A DNA stretch of 64,000 bases from Candidatus Aminicenantales bacterium (GTDB lineage: Bacteria > Acidobacteriota > Aminicenantia > Aminicenantales > UBA4085). The translations under genes and the position numbers were made by a program. The notes beneath the pieces are model-generated. The model was not told the origin of the DNA. It searched no databases and saw only the letters and a program-made list of their open reading frames with translations. The stretch spans positions 62,001 through 126,000 of the forward strand of contig JBEKTZ010000004.1 in the NCBI GenBank assembly GCA_049515535.1. Direction: 5' to 3'. Below are positions 57,795 through 64,000 of the stretch, piece after piece. Within the stretch, counting starts at the first letter, position 1. Each line of letters starts with the position of its first letter.

Positions 57795-58370
57795 ATGAAC
57801 GTCCATGATGCCATCGTTTCCCGCCGGTCCATTCGCCAGTTCGCCCCGCGGCCGGTCGGCCGGGAGGTCCTCGAAAAAATCGTGAACGCCGGACGGCTCG
57901 CGCCCTCGGCCGCCAACCTCCAGCCGCTCGAATTCGTCGCGGTCGACAAGGAAGGGCCGAGAAACGACCTCTTCGCCTGTTTGAAGTGGGCGGCCTATAT
58001 CGCGCCGCAGGGAAATCCCCGGCCCGGGCAGGAGCCGCAGGCCTATATCATCGTCCTCGTGAACACGCTGATTCGCGAAAAAATGTATGAGTACGACGTC
58101 GGCGCGGCGATCGAGAACATGATCCTGGCCGCGCTTGGGGATGGCCTGGCCAGCTGCTGGCTGATCTCCATCGATAAGCCTAAGATCGCCGAATTCCTGA
58201 AGGTCCCTTCTCAATACAAGGTCGATTCCGTGCTGGCGCTGGGCTATCCCGCGCAGGTTTCGATGGCCGAGGAATTCTCGGATTCGCCGAAGTACTGGCA
58301 GGACTCCGATCTCACCTTCCACGTCCCGAAGCGGAAACTCGCTACGGTTTTGCACTTCAACGGATTTTGA
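57795..58370 (+). CDS. Nitroreductase family protein
   Basis: RRSIR, APSAANLQP, GLASCW, LGYP and PKR motifs. Confidence 0.92.
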   Translation: MNVHDAIVSRRSIRQFAPRPVGREVLEKIVNAGRLAPSAANLQPLEFVAVDKEGPRNDLFACLKWAAYIAPQGNPRPGQEPQAYIIVLVNTLIREKMYEYDVGAAIENMILAALGDGLASCWLISIDKPKIAEFLKVPSQYKVDSVLALGYPAQVSMAEEFSDSPKYWQDSDLTFHVPKRKLATVLHFNGF

Positions 58371-58445
58371 TCGATCGGTCTTGGAAGAAGATGATGAGGC
58401 GGCATGCGCCGCTCGCGGCGGATCGGCTGAAGTGCCGTGTAGAGT

Positions 58446-59792
58446 TCAGACTCCGGCGATCGTCATTTCAGCGACCTTGACCGTCGGGCCGCAGATCGAG
58501 CCGCGGAATTCGAGGTCGTTGCCGACCATTTCAATGTTCCGGAGGATTTCCCCAAGGTTGCCCGAGATCGTGATCTCGGAGACGGGATAGGCGATCTCGC
58601 CCTTTTCGATCCAAAGGCCGAACGCGCCGCGTGAAATATCGCCCGTGACGGGGTTCAACCCATGTCCCAGAGTCCGGATCAAGAGCAATCCTTTTTCGCA
58701 CGACCGTATGATGTCCTCCGGGGAATGGGATCCCGGTTCAAGATAAAAATTGTTCGGGCTGACGCCATTGCCATCGGCATTGCCGGTGGATTTCAACTTC
58801 AGCTTGCGCGCGGCGTACGTGTTGCAGAGATAATTCTTGAGGATCCCGTTCCGGACGACCGCCGTCTGGCGACAAGGTAATCCCTCGGAGTCGAACGGGC
58901 TTGTCCCCAGCTTGCCGGGCATCAAGCCGTCGTCGATGACCGTGATCTTGTCGTTTCCGATCCTCTCGCCGAGCTTATCCACCAGGAATGAGGCCTTCTG
59001 ATAGATTGCCGTACCCGCCACGCAGGCGAATAAAAAGCCCAGCAGGCCGGACGTCATCATCGGCTCGAAGATCACGGGCGCCTTCTGGGTTTTGACCTTA
59101 CGGGGCTTGAGCTGGCGCACCGTCCGCTCGACGGCGGTCCGGGCGATCGCCTCCGGCGTCTCAAGCGCCCCGAAATGCGTTTGCGAAGAAAACCAGAAGT
59201 CCTCGACCATGTCGTCGGTCTCTCCGGCCTGGAGTCCGACGCTCAAGCTGCAATACGTTTTTTGGAATTCGCCGAGAAAGCCGTTCGAGCTGGCCAAAAC
59301 CGCGGTCCCTTCGTTGCTGACGAAGCTCGCCCCGTAGGAATTCGTGATCCTTTTGTCGGCGAGGGCGATGCGCTCGGTTTCGAGGGCGAGGCCGATCTTC
59401 GTCCGGGAGTCCAGCCGGCCGATCTCGGGGTCAAAAATCGCGAGCGTCGATGGATTGATCTTGCGGTGCGACAACGGAGGGAGTCCGGAATATTCATCCA
59501 CATTGGACAACTCGGCGCGTCGGACCGCGCTTTTGATCAAATGCCGAAGGGTGTCTTCGGTCAGATCGGAGGACGACGCGAAGGCCGTTTTCTTGCCCTT
59601 GATGAGGCGGAGTCCCATGGATCGCGACCCGGCCTGGACAAGGTTTTCAATCTCGCCCAGGCGGACATCCACGCTGAACTCTTGGCCGTCCCCGATCCCG
59701 ACCTCGATCTCGTCCGCGCCGCAGGCTTTGCCGATCCGAACAAGCCGCTCGGCGAGCTTGAGGAGATCGTCTCGACCGGCCTTCGCGCTCAT
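58446..59792 (-). CDS. pmbA: PmbA/TldE family protein
   Basis: PFDSEG, STGNA, NPVTGDISRG and EITISGN motifs; no HExxxH; downstream of tldD. Confidence 0.9.
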   Translation of the reverse strand: MSAKAGRDDLLKLAERLVRIGKACGADEIEVGIGDGQEFSVDVRLGEIENLVQAGSRSMGLRLIKGKKTAFASSSDLTEDTLRHLIKSAVRRAELSNVDEYSGLPPLSHRKINPSTLAIFDPEIGRLDSRTKIGLALETERIALADKRITNSYGASFVSNEGTAVLASSNGFLGEFQKTYCSLSVGLQAGETDDMVEDFWFSSQTHFGALETPEAIARTAVERTVRQLKPRKVKTQKAPVIFEPMMTSGLLGFLFACVAGTAIYQKASFLVDKLGERIGNDKITVIDDGLMPGKLGTSPFDSEGLPCRQTAVVRNGILKNYLCNTYAARKLKLKSTGNADGNGVSPNNFYLEPGSHSPEDIIRSCEKGLLLIRTLGHGLNPVTGDISRGAFGLWIEKGEIAYPVSEITISGNLGEILRNIEMVGNDLEFRGSICGPTVKVAEMTIAGV

Positions 59793-61234
59793 TGGAGCCC
59801 TCCCACGGTCATCTTCGAGATCTTCAGGGTCGGGCAGCCGTCGGTCACGGGCACGTCCTGGCCTTCCTTGCTGCACGTCCCGGTTTGAAGGCCGAAGGTC
59901 AAGTCCCGACCGACCATCGTGATCTTGTTCAGAATATCGATATTCGAGCCGATGAGTGTCGCCTGCTTGACCAGAGCGGTGAGCCTGCCGTTTTCGATGA
60001 GGAAACCCGAGCTGACTGAGAACGTGAATTTTCCCGAATCCTCGACCTGGCCGCCTTGGAATTTGTCCGCGTAGAATCCTTTCTTCACCGATCGAAGGAT
60101 CTCCTCGGGATCATGGACGCCTTTCTCGATGTACGTATTGGCCATCCGGGGAATGGGGATGTCGGTGAAATCCTGGCGGCGGCCGTGTCCGGTCAAGGGC
60201 ATTTTCATCAGACCGGCCGAAAGCCGATCTTGGAGCAGGCCCTTGATGACGCCTTTCTCGATGAGGAGAGTCTTTCGCGGCGGGGTTCCTTCGTCGTCGA
60301 TATTATAAGAGCCCCGGAACGCCGGGATGGTGGGATCGTCGTAAATGGTGACAAGGGACGATCCGATCTTCTTGCCGAATTTATCCCAGAAGACGGACGT
60401 CCTTTTCCGGTTGAAATCCGCTTCGAGGAGATGGCCGACGGCTTCATGGATAAGGACGCCGGCATGGCCCGGCGACAAGACGACGGGCATTTCGCCCGCG
60501 GGAGCGGGTCGGGCCGAGAGCAGTCCCAGGGCCTCCTCGGCCGCTTCTTTTCCGATCGTCTCGGGCGCAAGCGAGTCGCTGAAATATTCGAGGCCAACCC
60601 TTCCGCCGCCGCCCGAAAAACCATATTCGCGCAAGCCTTTTTTTTCGGCAATGGCGACGCACGAAAGCTTGATGAGAGGCCGGGCGTCGGTGATGAGGAG
60701 GCCGTCGGAATTGGCGATCATGACGTATTGGATCGAGTCATGGAGCGAGGCTTTGACCTTTTTTATGGCCAGCCCGTTCTTTTGGCAGGCGAGATAAGCT
60801 TTTTTCACCAGCTCGATTTTCCTGTCCAAGGGCGTCCGGTGCGGAATTTCGCGAACGCGATAATAATTGTGCGCCGGGCGAATCAAACGCAGATCCACCA
60901 CCTTGGACGTCGTCGGCGAGGCCGCAATGGCCGCGGCCGACAAGGCCGCCGTCCTGATCTTGTCGAAGGCGAGATCGTTCGTGTAGCCGAATCCGGTCTT
61001 CTCTCCGGCCACGACCCGGATGCCCAGACCGAGGCTGATGCTTTCGGCCGTCTCTTTGATGATGTCCTCTTCCATGACGATGAAGCTATAAACGCGATAT
61101 TCCAGGAAGAGTTCGGCGAAACGGCCGCCGCTCGACTGAGCTATGCCTAAAATCCGCTGAAGGTCGGAGAGGGATAAATGGAAATGATCTTCGAACGGCA
61201 CCGGCCGGATCCGATCGGGTTCCGTCATTTTCAT
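59789..61234 (-). CDS. tldD: TldD family metalloprotease
   Basis: HEAVGH, DDEG, PRMANT and CSKEGQ.VPV motifs; start approximate. Confidence 0.92.
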   Translation of the reverse strand: MKMTEPDRIRPVPFEDHFHLSLSDLQRILGIAQSSGGRFAELFLEYRVYSFIVMEEDIIKETAESISLGLGIRVVAGEKTGFGYTNDLAFDKIRTAALSAAAIAASPTTSKVVDLRLIRPAHNYYRVREIPHRTPLDRKIELVKKAYLACQKNGLAIKKVKASLHDSIQYVMIANSDGLLITDARPLIKLSCVAIAEKKGLREYGFSGGGGRVGLEYFSDSLAPETIGKEAAEEALGLLSARPAPAGEMPVVLSPGHAGVLIHEAVGHLLEADFNRKRTSVFWDKFGKKIGSSLVTIYDDPTIPAFRGSYNIDDEGTPPRKTLLIEKGVIKGLLQDRLSAGLMKMPLTGHGRRQDFTDIPIPRMANTYIEKGVHDPEEILRSVKKGFYADKFQGGQVEDSGKFTFSVSSGFLIENGRLTALVKQATLIGSNIDILNKITMVGRDLTFGLQTGTCSKEGQDVPVTDGCPTLKISKMTVGGLQ

Positions 61235-61399
61235 GAGCTTCGATGTCCTCGCCCTGAATTTTTGCATAAACGGAGGACGCAAGCAATCTTTTTTGCGGCT
61301 GAGGGCTGATCTTGTCAGTACGGGACGAACATGATATTCTGCGACCATCTCATGCGGACCTGTCTGGATCGCAATCCCGTTTTCAAGGAGGGTTCTATA

Positions 61400-64000
61400 A
61401 TGTCCAAGACTTCGTTCAAGGGTCTGTTCTTCGTCTGTTTTTTCATTTTTTGCTTGGTGGAGGCGAAAATCGCGACAGCGGACGTTGGTCCTCTGCCTCC
61501 CTCGGACTTGAAATGCGAATATGCGGTCAACCCGGAAGGAATCGATGTCCTGCAACCAAGGTTCTACTGGATACCGGCCCATTCGGGGCGGGGCCAGAAG
61601 CCGACGGCCTATCAGATCGTCGTTTCGACGAGGCCGGATTGCGGGAAAGGCGATATGTGGGACAGCGGCAAGGTTTCTTCGAGCGCCTTTACCCATATCG
61701 TCTACAAAGGAAAATCCCTGGGGAGCGACGCGACTTATTATTGGAAGGTCAGGTTTTGGGACAATGACGGAACGCCGAGTCTTTACAGCGAGATCGCCCG
61801 CTTCGGAACAGGGCTTTTAGGGAAAGAGGAATGGACGGGAAAATGGATCGGAGGCGCGAACCAGCTCCGGAAAGAATTCGAGATCGGCGGACCCGTGGCC
61901 CGGGCAAAAGTCCATATCTGCGGCCTCGGCTATTATGAGCTGCGGATCAACGGCGAAAAGGTCGGGAACCATGTCCTCGACCCCGGCTGGACGACCTATG
62001 ACAAAAGAGCGCTTTACGCGACTTATGACGTCGCACGGCTCGTCCGTCCCGGCGCCAACGCGGTCGCCGTCATTCTCGGCCACGGCTGGTTCAAGTCGAG
62101 AGCGCTCCTCGTCCAGATTTCGGTGGAGTCGGCCGTCGGGAAAAACCTGACCCTAGTCAGCGATGAATCGTGGAAGATCGCCGACGGCCCCATCGTGGCG
62201 GATAGCATCTATAACGGCGAAACCTATGACGCGCGCCTCGAAACAGCGGGCTGGGACAGGGCCGGTTTCGACGATGGCGCCTGGAAAAAAGCCGAGATCG
62301 TGCCGGGGCCGAAAGGCGTTCTATCAGCCCAGATGATGCCGCCGATCAGGATCATGGACACCCTCGTCCCGCTCAAGATGACGAATCCGATGCCGGGCGT
62401 ATATGTCTTCGATATGGGCCAGAATTTCAGCGGATGGGCGCGGCTCCGCGCCAGCGGGCCTCGCGGCACGGCCGTCAGGATGCGGTTCGCGGAAATGCTC
62501 TATGACGACGGCACGATCAATCAGGAGAACCTGCGGGGCGCCAGGGCTGAAGATGTGTACATCCTCAAGGGTGGGGGCGAGGAAGTCTATGAACCGCGCT
62601 TCACGTATCACGGCTTCCGGTACCTCGAATTGTCGGGGTTTCCCGGCGTACCGACGGCGGATACGATCCGAGGCCGGGTCGTTCGTTCGGGCGTCAAACA
62701 AATCGGCTCGTTCGCCTCTTCGAAGCCGGTTTTGAACGGCCTCCAACGGATCATCACCTGGGGGCAAAAAACCAATCTTCACAGTATCCCGACGGACTGC
62801 GCTCAGCGCGACGAGCGCATGGGCTGGATGGGCGACGCCCAGGGCACGGCCGAGGAGGCGTTGTTGAATTTCGACATGGCCGCGTTCTACACGAATTTCA
62901 TCCGCGACATTCGCGACGTCCAGGATGAGGCGGGAACGATCACGGACACCGTCCCCTATATCTGGGGCAGCCGTCCGGCCGACCCGGCCTGGGGCACCGC
63001 TTATCCCTTGTTGTGCTGGTATATGTATCAATATTACGGCGATACGCGGATCCTCGAGGAGCAATTCGAGGGCTTGAGGAAATACGTCGAGTTTCTGCGG
63101 TCGAAAGCCGAAAACGGGCTCGTGAAATACAGCTATTACGGCGACTGGGTCGCGGTCGACAAGACGCCGGGGAACATCGTCTCGTCGTTTTATTATTATT
63201 ATGACGTCAAAATCCTGGCCGACGCGGCCAGGGTCCTGGGAAAGGAAACCGAGGCCAAGACCTACGGCCAACTCGCCGAGGACATCAAAGCGGCCTTTCA
63301 CAAGGAATATTACGACCCTAAATCCGGAAATTACGCCAACGGCACGCAGACAGCCAACGCCCTGGCCCTTTTCCTTGAGCTGGCGCCCGGGAACGCCCGC
63401 GGCTCGGCTTGGGGAAATCTTTTCGATAACCTCGCCTATAAAAACAATTCCCATTTAACGACCGGCATCATCGGGACGAAGTACATCATGGAGGTCTTGA
63501 CGAGATTCGGCAATTCCGACCTGGCCTATGACGTCGCGACCCAGACGACGTATCCGAGCTGGGGTTATATGATCGAGAACGGAGCCACGACCCTTTGGGA
63601 GCTCTGGCAGCGCAGGGAAGGCCCGTCCATGAACTCCCATAATCATCCGATGTTCGGGAGCGTGGGATCATGGCTCTACAAAGCCCTGGCCGGAATCAAC
63701 ATCGATCCGCGGGCGGTCGGCTTCGAAAAGATCCGGATTCAGCCGCAGATGGTCCGCGATCTTAAATACGCGTCCGGATCGGTGGACACTTTAAGGGGGA
63801 GGGTCTTGTCCGCCTGGAAGCGCGGGGATAAGAGCGTTTCTCTGGAAGTGATCATTCCTGCGGGAAGTGAGGCCGAGATCGTCCTGCCGAAATTCAACCT
63901 GCAAGACGTCGTGGTCAAAGAAGGCGGCAGAGTCATCTGGTCCCAGAAAAAACAGGCTTCTGTCGTGCCGGGGATCATCGAGGTCCAAGAGCCCGCCGAC
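61400..64000 (+). CDS. GH78 alpha-L-rhamnosidase (runs off window end)
   Basis: Manual translation, not in ORF track: signal peptide, LKCEY, WDSGKV, FDMGQNF.GW, FTYHGFRY, PTDCAQRDERMGWMGDA, GATTLWE and SHNH motifs; AAGGAGG RBS. Confidence 0.93.
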   Translation, partial: MSKTSFKGLFFVCFFIFCLVEAKIATADVGPLPPSDLKCEYAVNPEGIDVLQPRFYWIPAHSGRGQKPTAYQIVVSTRPDCGKGDMWDSGKVSSSAFTHIVYKGKSLGSDATYYWKVRFWDNDGTPSLYSEIARFGTGLLGKEEWTGKWIGGANQLRKEFEIGGPVARAKVHICGLGYYELRINGEKVGNHVLDPGWTTYDKRALYATYDVARLVRPGANAVAVILGHGWFKSRALLVQISVESAVGKNLTLVSDESWKIADGPIVADSIYNGETYDARLETAGWDRAGFDDGAWKKAEIVPGPKGVLSAQMMPPIRIMDTLVPLKMTNPMPGVYVFDMGQNFSGWARLRASGPRGTAVRMRFAEMLYDDGTINQENLRGARAEDVYILKGGGEEVYEPRFTYHGFRYLELSGFPGVPTADTIRGRVVRSGVKQIGSFASSKPVLNGLQRIITWGQKTNLHSIPTDCAQRDERMGWMGDAQGTAEEALLNFDMAAFYTNFIRDIRDVQDEAGTITDTVPYIWGSRPADPAWGTAYPLLCWYMYQYYGDTRILEEQFEGLRKYVEFLRSKAENGLVKYSYYGDWVAVDKTPGNIVSSFYYYYDVKILADAARVLGKETEAKTYGQLAEDIKAAFHKEYYDPKSGNYANGTQTANALALFLELAPGNARGSAWGNLFDNLAYKNNSHLTTGIIGTKYIMEVLTRFGNSDLAYDVATQTTYPSWGYMIENGATTLWELWQRREGPSMNSHNHPMFGSVGSWLYKALAGINIDPRAVGFEKIRIQPQMVRDLKYASGSVDTLRGRVLSAWKRGDKSVSLEVIIPAGSEAEIVLPKFNLQDVVVKEGGRVIWSQKKQASVVPGIIEVQEPAD

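Noticed and set aside
61235..61696. N-terminal extension of the TldD ORF
   Set aside because: Overlaps the divergent GH78 start; TldD similarity begins near 61234.
1..64000. CRISPR arrays, IS elements, prophage or defence systems
   Set aside because: No regular repeat-spacer pattern, transposase, integrase, phage or nuclease motifs found by eye.

Overview
GC-rich bacterial chromosomal window with dense, apparently core or metabolic gene content. The gene set and style suggest an anaerobic diderm heterotroph such as Ca. Aminicenantes/Acidobacteriota; this is inference, not verified. No CRISPR array, integrase, transposase or prophage was seen. In order: 5' part of uvrB and a bactofilin; an SSS transporter-galK-VPS10/BNR protein-tandem M14 carboxypeptidase cluster; a TolC/MFP/RND efflux operon; tRNA-Gly(CCC), a lipoate ligase-family gene, an orphan gene and a truncated tag remnant; an ECF sigma/anti-sigma/LiaF-like/DUF4097 envelope-stress operon; a GH28-like enzyme and a His-tailed DMT; a DEAD-box helicase and an OYE; a second ECF module with an HtrA-like protein; an LPS heptose operon containing an ICMT-family methyltransferase; tRNA-Leu(CAA); a YncE-like protein; a GH31; a dapA-thrB-dapH-M20-aminotransferase cluster; HGSNAT/NagX-like, ABC-2 and NamZ genes; GS, a URO-D-family protein, SSS, kdgK, eda and a fused Fe-S serine dehydratase; a C39-like/LGFP protein; DUF362 and a nitroreductase; tldD/pmbA; and a GH78 running off the end. 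Best leads: an active plus ligand-swapped pseudo-M14 pair with a VPS10 partner, two further exported pseudo-proteases (HtrA, C39), an LmtA-like candidate lipid A methyltransferase, a possible amino-sugar-acid deamination route into the Entner-Doudoroff pathway, and an acetylase-type DAP pathway.
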